Assembly (NCBI GenBank): GCA_001244265.2
Contig: CDLV01000004.1
Coordinates: 1,922,001 to 1,986,000 of the forward strand
DNA length: 64,000 nt
From: Microbotryum violaceum
Taxonomy: Eukaryota
Reading direction: 5' to 3'
The notes under the pieces were generated by a model that made no database searches, had not been told where the DNA came from, and was given only the letters and a program-made list of their open reading frames with translations. Shown here piece after piece: positions 11,065 through 28,608 of this stretch. The translations under genes were made by a program, and so were the position numbers. Every line of letters starts with the position of its first letter. The first letter of the stretch is position 1.

Positions 11065-14000
11065 GCACTTTGGTCCCGAGAATGGCAACTCTGGTCCCAC
11101 ATTGGAGGCGACTTTGGGGTCACATCGGAGCGGACTTTGGGGTCACATCCGAGGTCATTCTTGTATGTACCACGTTCATGGGGACTTTGGTACCACATAG
11201 TGTAGACGCCTGTATCTCTTGCAATGTGTGATGTAGCATTCTGGGAACAGTAGTTTGATGCATGTACAGGTCTATAGTACTTCTGGCCGGTGAGACGAGG
11301 CGGACGAAGCAGTAGTTGCTACATCGATGTTCTGCCCCGCTTGTCTTCTCCGCACCTGCAGCTGTGGTGTCAGCGGTCCCGAGCCGCCAAGGCCAACACT
11401 TCCGAACGTGATTGCGCCGACTCGGATTAGACCAGAATTGGCACCGGTCCCTCCCTTCTCCCATCCATGAAGAACAGTTCATAGAGATCGAGCGAAGATA
11501 CAGATTCTAATGAGTCACGCTTCGACATCGGCGGACTTTTGCTTGTATGATCATTGCAGTTGAACGATATTTAAACGTATTCACATGTAAAAACTTGGCT
11601 CGCTTTACCTCTCCTTTTCTTAGTGCAGCTGCTCAAAGTGAACAAACCAGTTGTCAGCTCTTTCTTGGTATGATGAAATACTAGAATGTACCTACTTCGA
11701 GCATGGATGACCTAGATCACACTTCAACTTTCGGTCTCGACATTGCGAGCAAGCTTTCCGCCGACTGGAGCTCGGGTCACGCTTTCCGCTGCCGAATGAC
11801 GCCGTTTGCTGGGAGTAACAACAGCGGAAGGGCTACTCACTTGAGGAACCGCAGAGTACTTGCATTTCTTTGGTAGGTGTTCGATATCGCGTGTGGCGAA
11901 TACTGGCGAAAATGAAGGAAAGGCGAGCGTTGGTCGGTTTAGGGGCGAATCGGATTGGTCCGATGCAAGACGAGTTCGTGCTGTCGACATGTTGTTTCCT
12001 TGTACAGATTCCACGTGTGACAAACCGCCAGGTTGTGGGTGCTGGATAATTACTGTGTCAGGAGAGGACGAAACATTCCTTGCAAGTCTCGACCCCTCGA
12101 AGGTTACGGATCTCGTAGACACAGGGGTGGAAACTAGAGCGGCGCAGACACGAAGAGAGGAAGGATCATTGAGTGACAATCTGGAATCAAGGGCACGAGC
12201 AAAGCCAAGAAGTTGCTTTTTCTGTCCTGAAACTTACTGTGATGTTGTGAGACTTCTTCCACGTCGTCACTGCTGTAGCCTGCGCACGAAACAATGGCCG
12301 GGTGATGAGATCAGGGGTGAGTCATTCCGAAACAACAAGGGACATGAGGAGGAGGAGAAGAGCAGAGCTCCTTAGGACAATAGAGCATGCAGGAGCTTCA
12401 ATATCCTATTCGAACTCACCGACGTGATCTCCAGGCTGTGTATTGCCATGAGGCTTCCTGCTATCCATTGTGTTGTCTGGATCACGAGTAGCACACGAGA
12501 CGGTTGGAGACTCCGGCGAGCCCGAAAACCAAGACGAGCTCATGTCGCATCGTAGACGAGAGTGCAGGGTGACATCCAACATATAGTCTCGAAGCTCCGA
12601 ATAAAATCTTCCCGGCTCAACCTGTGGGCCCCAGCTCCAATCGGGTTCCATTTTGGCGACTGCTGCGCATACCAGGGTTTCCATCGCTCGGCACACGAAC
12701 GCCCCACACGCGTTGCCATCAGTCTGTTGAGGATATCTATCCGGTTGAGGCTGATCGCCGGCCTTCGCCGCTTTGACAATCAATCGCTTCCAATTTCTGT
12801 ACGGGACCGTCGGTCGATCGATGCCTCCAGTGATGCGCTCTATCGGTCCCTCTGCATGAGTTTCCAAGAAAGTGATGATTGACTGGCAGGCAGAAAGGGC
12901 GAATGACGTCAGCAGCTGCGCAGAGTTTGAGCGCCTTTGAAAGTGCTTTGTGATGGTCATGGGGATGAACTCACATCGAGACTTTCGTTTGCCTCCTTGC
13001 GCATGTTCTCCCTGCCAAAAAGAGAGTCGTACACCCGAAATGTACAATCCGAAAGGCGTGCCTCGACAAGTATCCAATGATTGGTGACATGAGTTGGGAA
13101 GAGTAGAACTGGTGTTCGAGAAAGGATAATCTGGTAAAGGGGCAGCGCAAACAAAGAGGCAGGCCTCCTGTCAATAATGATAGAAAGATATGCTCGCGAA
13201 CTCCCATCCGAACTCACCCCCTGCTGCCGCTCGGTTGGTCGAGTGCCTCCAATTCCCTTGGCGCACTTTCCTCCTTGGAGATAGAATGCGTAGCATGTTG
13301 GTTCAAGGTCACGAACCTCTTTTGACCGACCATTGAAAGGCAATTGGCCTTGGAACCGATTGATAGCGCTGCTGAAAGCATCGATGTGCGAAGCCCTCAA
13401 CCACAAATTGGCGTTGGCCATTTCGCACAAGGAGCTCAAGTTCAGGCCTGGTGCGTGGTCGCCGGCGTGAATGTCGAGGAATACGTCCCAATCAACCTTC
13501 TGAACCTCGTTGGGAATGCGCTTGATAATGTCCTTGACGGCGGAAACATTGCTTCGGCGCTCCTCCGGCTGAACTGTATCGTAGATGTCGAGTGGAAGAC
13601 GTCCTTCTTGTAACGGCGCGAGCTGGCATGGTGGCCTCTCGTCGTCGCTCAGTTCTTCGATGTCTATGACCTCGGGAATGGCCGCCATTCGCTTGGCAGC
13701 CGCGTGATCTTTGGTCGAGGATAAGCTGTTGGAAAATTTCGTCTCACGTGGGCGTCCACGGGTCTTCCCAAACTGAGTGGTTCCGTTCTCAAAGATGGTG
13801 TGTTTGGAAGTTTTTGGACGAAGTTGATCAGGATTAAGCTTGTCGCGTATCCAACGTCTAAATGCTGCCGTTGCTTTGCCATCGACTCTCCCCGAGTGCT
13901 CGAGCGTGACCCCTGAATTTGACTTCGATTTTGAGAGTTTTGGTTTGGCTGTCTTCTTGCTACGATGGGGTTTCAATGGCCGATTCCTGGCTGATCTGCC

Positions 14001-17000
14001 TGTGTGACAGAAAAAGACCAGATTGGAACGGAAGTCTCCGTTCCGGCAAGGCGTTCAGACATTGCTCACCTTTGACAGTTGAGCAGTTGGGCTGAAATTC
14101 AGCAACATCGGCTATATCGGCAGCGCGTTCGTCCTCGTCCTCGACGTCCGAATCCACCTCGTCGCGTTCGTCGAGTTCGTCCTCTGACAAGGGCTCGTCT
14201 GGCTCGTTGTCGTCCACCAAAGCCGATGGCATTTTAGAGTCCAATACTTTGTCGACCAAGGCTTCGACGGAGGCGTCGTGGAGCTTGCTTGATTTTGTTC
14301 CGTCCCGCATGTCCGACATTGCTTTTGCCGCTGCTGCTGCTACCATGATGCGGTCTGCAAGAGAAATCCCACACCAATTGTCAGATTGTAGGCTTGTGAA
14401 GCCGCTACGAGGGTGATCAAAGCTTTCGGACGCACTCATCGCTGTGTGGTAGTCGCCATTGTGAACCAGCAGATCGCACGCCCAAAGATGAGCGCATTTA
14501 TTTCCTGTTTGCTTGAATGCGCGACAAGGACAATAAGGCGCGCGAGTATCGAGAGTGATTGATGAATCCATGGATCTGAGTTTGAAATCCGAAGCATTCT
14601 TGCGTCAGTAAGGGCTTGGTAGCCAAGGCACTGGTACCCGTAAAACCTCACCGTAAACTTAGCACCCACTGGCCCTCCTTTTCGGTAGGGCGGAACTGTC
14701 GAAGCTCCCAGATGTCCATCGAATTTGCCAGAGTATCTCGAAGAACATGATCCGGTTTTGCATTCGATACGTCCTTCCAAATGTCATAAACTAGAGCATT
14801 GTCGGGTAAGACCACAACGAGATTGTCGATCCTAGCAGGTGCAGAGCGCAAGCAGAATTGTCAGCTCTTCCGTCGAGATTCGCTCCTTGAGTCCGGTGCT
14901 ACGCAATACCTCTTGTTGGCTCGGCCGTGGAGATGCTCTTGCTGGATGGTCTTGAAGGCTCGTTCAGTCACGTTGTTGGTGTTGATGGCTTCCCGTGAAA
15001 CGCCAAAGGGTAACCATCATCTGTGTATGTTTCTTCAGAATTGTGGAAATGCGTGAGCCAAAAAAACTGTGAGAGAACACGTAAAGAAGGAATAAGTAAG
15101 ACTCACCGATCCACTCTTGTACGAACCAGTCAACATTGAAATACGCCCGAAAGTTATCCTTCTTTGCTTGTAATTGTTCTTCTTCTCGGCTGTTGCAACC
15201 CAGTTCCGACTTCTTGGTGACGTCTGATTTGTTTGCTGCTGGCTTGCGACGACTTCGGAACTCTTCGTCGATCCATGCGTCCGATTTTTCAAAGAACGCC
15301 CGCTTCTTCCCTTCGATCTCAGCCGAGCGCCGAGCTGTCGCCTCGGCATCTGTTTCATGCTCGGTGCGTATGAAACGAAAGCGCTGGATGATGGATCGAA
15401 ATTCGTACAAAATGTTGATCAACGTCTTGCGAGCAATCCGAGAAGGCTTGAGGGTGTTGCCCCTTTCGCCGTCATTCCTGTCACTCGACCACCGAATAAT
15501 GGCCTGAACCACGTGGAATTGGCAAAGGCGTATGTGAAAGTTGAGGTTGTGCTTTTCTTTCCCTATAGTAACGTAGATGCAGAAGACGACGATCATCAGG
15601 AATTCAAAATCGTGAGAGCAGTCTGCACATCTCATATAGTAGCCCTAGCAAGCAGCGGCGCTTACAGAGTGTCAAGGCGTTGAGCTCAGTCCGACCTTTG
15701 TCGATCATGAAATTTGGTGGTTGCCACTGATTTTCCAAGATGAATTCGGCATTTTGGAGAAGATTTGGCAACCTGGGGGACGAGCCGGGTAAATTGGGCC
15801 CATTCTCACGAGCTTCTGAAGTACGCATGCAAATCGTCGACGGTACAGAAGGGCGTGAGCGACTCCTCTCAAAACTGTCGTGACGCGCAGCACACCCTGG
15901 TCAACCCATCTTACAACGCACTCCTTACAAGGATCGCGGCGCGCTCCTTGAACAGCCTCTTTACCGTGTCCAAGTAGATGACAAGAGTATCTGCCTTCAC
16001 ATCACTGGAGAGAAGCATAGGACCTGAAGAAGACAATACATAAGCGATGAAATGAGTCTTTGTACTCGTCCGGACCTTTCTTTTAAGTGCTTCCCGGGCT
16101 CTCACCTAGCGCAAGTTTGTCTTTCAAGCCAGTCGCGACGAGGGCGGTGAGGGGGGCGCGGTTCTCGTTCAGGTATCGCCAGCTTGAGTCAAGTCCAACA
16201 AACCGCGACCAATCGCCTGAATCGTTCCCAACTGTGGCGAAGGAAATCAACACGTCGATGGAGTGGAGGGAGGCAAGGACGCAGATCAACGGCTGCTTCG
16301 TTTTCTCATTAAAAGGTTGAAAGCTGACAAGGGTAAATACCTCCGCCGCTTGTTAGCTCATCAAATCGGCAAGCAGCTTAGATCGTGATCACTCACTAGG
16401 CCACTCCGCGTGTCTCGGGCTCCGTTGCATTTTGAAGGGTGAACGGTCTCAGTTCAGCCGTGCGAGCTAGCGAGTACAAGGCGGATCCATGCTGCGCGTT
16501 CTGTCGACCTTTTGCCCTGAACATATTGCGCAGCTGTTTTGCGCCGACTTTCCTGTACTGCGGGAGAATGATCTCGTTCTGTTTCTCCCAGACCGACTTC
16601 CGCTGGTTCATATCTGTGAAATGATCGAGTTCATCATCGAGCAAGGAACTGATGGTCAGTCTTGAGAAGTGGAAACTTCTTGTGCAAACTTGGAGCACAC
16701 ACTCACTTTGAAATGCAAGCGTGGGCGTGTTGGCCTGCCGAAAGACTTCCTGATGCGCCAACGCACGAATGAAAGGGGCTGGACGTCGGACGTTCGGCGG
16801 TGGTTGGCGTCCTTCATGGTTGCCGAGGGTGTACACCAGCGCCGATGAAAGATCGTCGGCCTGAACGAGGATCTACACAAGGGACGAAGAAGGTAACAGA
16901 GAGTCTTATCAGCCACCCAACCCAAGCTCCTTTGATTTCCTATCCGGGATGATCACCTTGAGTTGAGTAGAGCATGTTTTCCCGGGGTCCTTGTCATTGT

Positions 17001-18959
17001 CTCGTTTCTTGTACCCAAGTTTGCCATCCTTGACCCGAACTCTTTTACAGGCCCCGAGCAACAATGTGTAATCCGTAGAACCTCCGCAACAGGTCGACCT
17101 TCGCCGGGTTGACTCCAAGCTTCTCGAAGGGTGATAGGCACTTCCGGACGCCATTCGATCCCCACTGCCACCTCCGACGGATGTTGATGATGAGTAGACG
17201 AGGGCACGTCACCGTAAGGTCGCTCGACGACAGCAAGACAGCGTTCATATTTGCGTGGAGCCCAGTCATGCTTCTGTTAATAGATTGCACCAATGAAAGT
17301 TAGGTCGTTCACAGGACGAAACAAAACGCAGCGCAGCATGCAGCTTCAACATACCTCTGTAGCCATGAACTTTGGGAGCTCCAGGACAGGAAGTTTGCGT
17401 ACAAATTCCCATTCGGACCTCGGCTTGCGACAATTGAGAACAAGCGACCTGAGACGGAGCTCGTTGTGCTCTGCAGTCGTGAGGATCATGTTTGAGAAAA
17501 TTGCCTCGTGCGTCGTGTTCAATATATCTTTGTCCTGTTGAGAGGGCTCGTACGTGTGCCGGTCAAGGATCTTCTTGTCGTTCCAAGCCAGGAGTAGTGC
17601 CGAGAAGATTTTAGGAACCTGAGGCCCGAGGCACAATGTACGTAAGCACGAGAGCCGAAGAAGATAGTAAAGATAGTTGGAGAAGAGAGAGAAGCGCTAA
17701 GGGCGTGCGCACTTGGAAGGCTAGAGGCGCGCGCGCGGCTAATATCAACAACTAGATACTAAACTATTCTAAGTGGGATGAAACAGTAATACCCTTTTGA
17801 CAGAAGATGATGTCAATTGATTTCTCGTCCGAATTGTCGTCGTCGACTCCGTAGTAACCCTCGTCTGCCGAATCCTCGTCGGAGTCTCTCGAACGGCTCT
17901 TTGGAGAGATTAAAAGCCCCGAGACTGCGGAGGGGCTAGATATCGAGGACTTTGAGGGAACCGGGACCAAAGCTGCCAAGACTTGCAGACTGTCCTCATC
18001 CTCATCCACTTCCGAGTCAACTTCCGATGCGTATCCCTCTGGGGAGCTTTGTTCCTGCAACGCGATGGGTGGTCGGCCCCCTTTGTTTTTGGAGCAGTTG
18101 GCTCATTTCTCCTGTCGACATGATGAGTGCGACTGGCGCCATCTACCTTGAAGGTAAACCCTTCACTGGGCGTCGTTTGCTCGAGATGCACAGTATTTCG
18201 CGCGACTAAGCTGGGGAGGAGTGTTTACGTGAGGACTTTATGTGTAAGAAGAAAGAGAGAGTGGGGGAAAGACCAGTGAGCGTGTGAAGCTCTGAGGAAA
18301 GGAGCTGCTTTCAGGGGCATTCGTGAGTTTGCCGGTGTAGCCCGTCAAAAGACGAGTGCCTGCGAGTTTTGGCGCAGCCCCAGGGCTTTCGCCGAATGTT
18401 TGAATTTTCTCGAATAAGGGTGCTAACGATTGCAGGCCTAAGGAACACTACAGCTCACCCATGTAGTGATTATGCCATTACCGCATAAGTATTCTAGTCA
18501 GCAAGAAAAAAAACATTTGCTCCACCCTATGATATTTTTTGCAAGCTACGCTTGCTGCCTCGTGACGATCGGCGTAAGGTTTAACCGCTGACACGGGCGC
18601 GGAGCGGCACAGCGCGGAAGAACCCCGATGTAGCAACTACTGCATTGTCCGCCTCGTCTCACCCGCCAGAAGTACTATAGACCTGTACATACATCATACT
18701 ACCTTCCCCAGAGTGATACATCACATATTGCAAGAGATACAGGCCTCTACACTATGTGGTACCAAAGTTCCCATGAACGTGGTACAAGAATGACCTCGGA
18801 TGTGATCCCAAAGTCCGCATCGATGTGATCCCAAAGTCCGCTCCGATGTGATCCCAAAGTCGCCTCCGATGTGGGACCAGAGTGCCTCCGACGTGGGCCC
18901 AAAAGCCGACCTTATGTGAGCCCAAAGTGACAAGCGAGTAGAGCGGTTATGTGTGCGTG
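11065..18959 (-). mobile_element. Mutator-like (MULE) DNA transposon with long, internally repetitive TIRs
   Basis: Inverted repeats ~11085-11326 and ~18626-18886, built of 'gatgtgatcccaaagt'-type units. The right terminus ...ttatgtgtgcgtg (18959) is defined by a second copy ending at 26199. The left terminus is eroded and no TSD was found. Confidence 0.85.
11724..18121 (-). pseudogene. MULE transposase with SWIM zinc finger and Ulp1/C48 cysteine protease domain; multi-exon, frameshifted
   Basis: DDE-region motifs VGLDSSWRYLNENRAPLT, FMIDKGRTELNAL and IRLCQFHVVQAI. SWIM CPCRAFKQTGNKCAHL. Protease triad motifs NHWILV, VYDSL and QQTDGNACGAFVC. AT-hook-like RGRP. Confidence 0.87.
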
Positions 18960-19923
18960 TGTAAAAAACGGGGGTATTTCGGGTATGGCTTTGGGAGTGC
19001 GCGCTCTGCCGAGACCATCCCGGCGCCATCCCAGCACCATCCCGGCGCTCGGCGCTCAATTCTAGAACGATCCCGGCACGCGCTCGCCCTCTTGGGACTA
19101 TCCCAGGATCGGGAAGGAATTTCAGGACGGTCTCAGAATCGAAAGTCGGACGCTGGAATGATCTCGGGACGGTCCCGGCGGCGCTAGGTTGCCAGTCCGG
19201 GTATGGTTCTGGAACTCTGGTCTAATCGCCCATGGTACTAGGAGTAGGAGGTAATTCCGGGATGGTGCTGACTGTGTACCAGAATACATAGGCTTCCGGC
19301 TAGTTAGAGGCATGATGTAGGGCTTGTATAGCATGTGCAGAAATTCTACCCCTTGGGTCCAAAGGACGGCTCGGTATGCATGCGCAGTACAGATGAAAGA
19401 TATGGATTGCAATTGCCGTGAATTACGACGGCCGCAGTTGAGGCGGGGTTGGGTCCAGCATGAGCAGGGGCGAGCCGAGAAAGGAGGAGAAAGGCCGAGA
19501 CACGACAAGACAGCCAACGCGAGTCGGTCTTAACAGTCCTTGCCTCTGCTCCACTCACGCGCTCGCTCACCCAGTCGCAAGAGGGTCCCCAGTCATCATC
19601 GGCGAGGCGACGTCCGCTGACCCTTACTCACCAGTTAGCCTCGACTCATATTGAAGGACTATTATTGCCTTCGTACTCTCTTGCCATGGGCATGTTTGGT
19701 ATGGGCGATTTGATGGTGCGACCGACGGGCCACGTTCATGGTCGACCTGACTCGACTTGACCTCGTCTGCATGCTGCTACTACCCTCACTTGGTTTCCAC
19801 CACTCGTCAAACCCACCGGCACGGGTTGAACAACCGAGTCATCAGGTGAGTAGCAAACGACAAGGTCCTTACGGGCTCCCCGACCCACCGTCCGGAGCGT
19901 CGTCACCCTTGTTGTGCACGGTT

Positions 19924-24786
<4,863 letters not shown>

Positions 24787-26045
24787 CGGTTCCCTGTCTC
24801 AACGTGCGGGACTTCTCCTGTCTACGCACTCCCGCCCGTTGCCATTCCACTCTTGACTGTACAGTGTGTGATATGCTTCACTCTCCGCTTATCGAATCTT
24901 CTATCCAATACTTTGCCTAGCTGACTTGCTCTCTGGTGGGCTTTACGTTCCTTCCCCAAATGGGCTGACTGGCTAGCCCCTGTGCCGATTCGGGTTAGTC
25001 TCTCCCTCTCGTCCCACACCTCCGACCTCGTTTGAAGCTCTTCTTCCCTCCTTTTTTCGCTTCCAGCTTTGCTGATGTTCGTGCTGAGATTTGTCAATTC
25101 TCCATCTCTGTCGTAGTTAGATTCGTTTGGACACCATAGTGAGCCTCCTACGCCTCCGCCAGGCTGTTGACGGCTCAAGGCCATACACTGACCATCAACT
25201 AGTTTCGTACAGAACACCAATCATACAAATGCATTTCATGGCCCAACGTGAGTCGCTGCCGGTTCATCTTCGAGCCGCTCGGTCGCTTTTCGACATCAGA
25301 GCCTTGGAGTCAGGGGCTCAGCTGACTCGCTCGCGGTTCACTGACAATGTCCCCGACAGCTTACCATAGCAGCAGGTCTGGGTCAATCACTCTCTCTCGG
25401 CTACTTGCTAGCTATTAGTACTAAAGTCTCGAACATAGAGCAGGCCGTTGACACGCTCTATTGGCCCCGACAGAATGAAGCGTTGGCCGTCATTGGGCGC
25501 AGCCACCACGTCCGGTAGGTGCCTTGTATGCGCGTCTAGAGCAGTTTTGAGTAGCAGATGTCATATTGCTTTTTTTGTTTAGCCTTGTACTGTATTGCAT
25601 GTGAAAACCGCACCCGATTACAGCGAAAGGACGACCGCAAAAGTGATTACAAATGAATCAAGCATTACGAGTATGCATAAGTAAAAATTAAATTGTCTAC
25701 TAATCGATACCACAACTATCCTGGCACCATCTCGGGATCATCCTGGGACCCAAGACTATCCCCGCGCCGTCCCAGCACCGTGCCCAGACCGCCGTCAATT
25801 CCTGGACCATCCCAGGATCGGCGCGGGTCCCGGATGGTCCCCGGACGGTCCCAGCATTGGTGCACCTGTCGCGGGGACGGTCCCAGGACGGTCCCGGGAT
25901 GGTTGCAGAGTTAAGGCGCCCAACTCTGGTAGTGCGCCGTGATCGTCCACGGTCATCCCAGGATGGCAACCATCCCTCGGCCATCCCACGGCCGTCCCGG
26001 CCCCGTCCCAAAGCCATCCTCAAAATATCCACCTTTTTTGCTATG

Positions 26046-26199
26046 AAAGTCCGCATCGATGTGATCCCAAAGTATCCCAAAGTCCGCTCCGATGTGGGAC
26101 CACCTCCGATGTGGGACCAGAGTGCCTCCGACGTGGGCCCAAAAACCGACCTTATGTGAGCCCGGAGTGACGAGCGATTACAGCGGTTATGTGTGCGTG
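26046..26199. repeat. Solo outer fragment of the MULE TIR
   Basis: Diverged direct copy of ~18830-18959, ending in the same 'cggttatgtgtgcgtg'. Confidence 0.85.
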
Positions 26200-26868
26200 C
26201 ATTATAGCGGATTGGTGGAAGGCCGCCAGGTGCCGAGGGCCACGATTCGCGCCCGTCGGCCCATGAAAAGCTGGAAGGGCGGAGGGTGAAACCTGGGAGC
26301 CCCTAATAACGTGGTGGCAGAGCGCACCCGAGGCTGTCATCAAGCATCAAGCCATCAGGCCTCAGGTGTCGCCCGGACTTGTCCCCGCTTACTCCGCTGC
26401 TACGCCTGAACCTCGGCGCCGGGCTAATGATGCCCAATGCAGTTGGCGCCGGCCGACGGAGAAGGCGGAACCCGACTCGGCCGAGTCGCGGCTTTCGGAC
26501 TCATCCACTGCTGCCGCTGCTGTCCGAACTCATCCCGGCGGTCTGTGATCGTAGACAGCTCCTGTGCTGCAGGCAGGTTATTGTTGGAGTGTGCCCCACT
26601 TCAACGCTCAGCCCGCTCAAGCTCCCGCTTCAAAACTTGCTCAACGTCGCCTGGCCCAATCGCCTTCGACTCTCCCGGTGACCCACTGACCCCCCCGTCA
26701 GCTCTCGTCAATCAGTGAGTCTCTGTGAGCTTCTGTTAGTCCAGGTCGCCGCTCGCTCCGGTACTGCAGTGGCGCTTACTAGCTCTTCCGCTCTCTCGGC
26801 ACACCTTCATTGCCTTCTCGCATTGTTCTGACCATCTCCCTGCCTTTTGAATAGCTTCCAGCCTCAAC

Positions 26869-28366
26869 ATGCCTTATCTCAAGCACGCTAAATGTGAGCT
26901 TCTTCTTGTGGGCCGGTGACGTGCTGTGCTCGCCATTGGGCGGCCCGATAAGCCTGTATGGGCTAACTCTGTCTCGTGCACTCCATCCCTGCCGATGCGC
27001 CCTATCCTCACCGAACACAGATGGAAAAGACAAGGTCCGAACATTCCGAATCGTCCGCAACAAGGACGGAATCCATGACATCGCCGAGTATATCGTCCAG
27101 GCTCTGCTCGAAGGGTCAGTCTGCTCCCGCAGTTGCCTCCCTCATCAGTATGTGGGGAACAGTCCTGACAAAAAAAATTGCATCCGCAGTGATATCGAGA
27201 CATCCTATACGAAGTCGGACAACTCTGTGATTGTCGCGACCGACTCGATCAAGAACACAACGTGCGTGAGACTCGCGATTTGGGAGTATGTATCGTACCT
27301 CGGTCGCTTATCAGCACCTTCCCCGTCCTTCCCACGTCCACCCCCTCTTCTTCAGGTATCTGTTCGCCAAGCAATCCCCCCACGTTTTGCAGCCCGAGTC
27401 ATTCGCTCTCGATCTTGCTTCCCACTTTGTTGAGACTTACGTGAGTTGCCTCTTCGAGCTAACCGGACTCCGGATTTAACGGCCCTAATCTCGGATGACC
27501 TCCTGACTACTTGTGGACTAAAATCTCCCCTTCTTCTTTGCTTTGCAGAGCCATATCCACAAAGCGCACGTCAACGTCATTCAACTGAAATGGTCGCGCA
27601 TCCCCGTCGCGGGTAAGGCCCACAAGCATTCCTTCGTTCGGAATGGCGATGAGAAGCGCTTCACGAACGTCACGGTTGATGCCACCAAGGGCAAGAACGT
27701 GGCGACCGCGACAGTCACGTCCGGTATCTCGGAGTTGTTGGTGCTCAAAACGACCGAGAGCTCGTTCGAGAACTATGTTTTTGACAAGTTCACGACTTTG
27801 AAGCGTAAGTCCGCTACTCTCCCGAGTTTCCAAACCTGGAGCACGTTTCTCCTATTCGCGCAGAGGCTGATCATCACTAGGTCTTCCCTCCACAGCCGTT
27901 GACGACCGGATCTTCTCCACCTCCGTCGACTGCTCCTACTCGATTCCCATCCCGACTTCAGCTCTGACCTCCGCCTCGATCCCCAAGCTCGGCATCGACT
28001 TCGAACGCATCTTCAAATCCGTCGAAACGACGACTTTGGAGATATTTGCGACGCACAACTCGGCTTCGGTCCAAGCGACGTTGTATCAGATGTGCGAAAA
28101 GATTTTGGCTGATCACAAGCAGGTCGCGGAGGTGTCGTACAAGCTGCCCAACAAGGTGAGCTTATATGTCTTCGATCTAGGCCTCGCCACCCGCGCTGAG
28201 GACCATAACGCCTCGACGAACTTTGCAGCACTACTTCGCCGTTGACATGGCCTTTTTCGGCCTCAAGAACACGGATCCCAAGGATGCCGAAGTCTTCATG
28301 CCCGTCGATGCTCCGTCCGGTCTCATCATCGCCAACGTCACTCGAGATGCGACCTCCAAGCTCTGA
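26869..28366 (+). CDS. UOX: Urate oxidase (uricase), multi-exon, peroxisomal
   Basis: Spliced product MPYLKHAKYGKDKVR...ATDSIKNT...LLVLKTTESSFENYVFDKFTTL (uricase signature)...SASVQATLY...LPNKHYF, ending -SKL stop (PTS1). About 7 GT-AG introns. Confidence 0.96.
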
Positions 28367-28608
28367 GAGGGCGTGGAAGGCGTGGCTTATACGATCGTAG
28401 AGTCGTGGCACGGCGTATTGATTTTGTGGTCGGGTATAATAAAGTTTTCGTCGTTGATGGGCTTTCACTGTGTAGCCTCTTCTGTGTGTTTTGTGCATTC
28501 CTAGCCTGTTTTTACGATCAATTTCGTTTGTGCTATCGAATACCAAACCTTCTCCTTGCGCAACAAACGTACACTACACAATTTGCAAACAAATCAGACC
28601 CTCAATAC

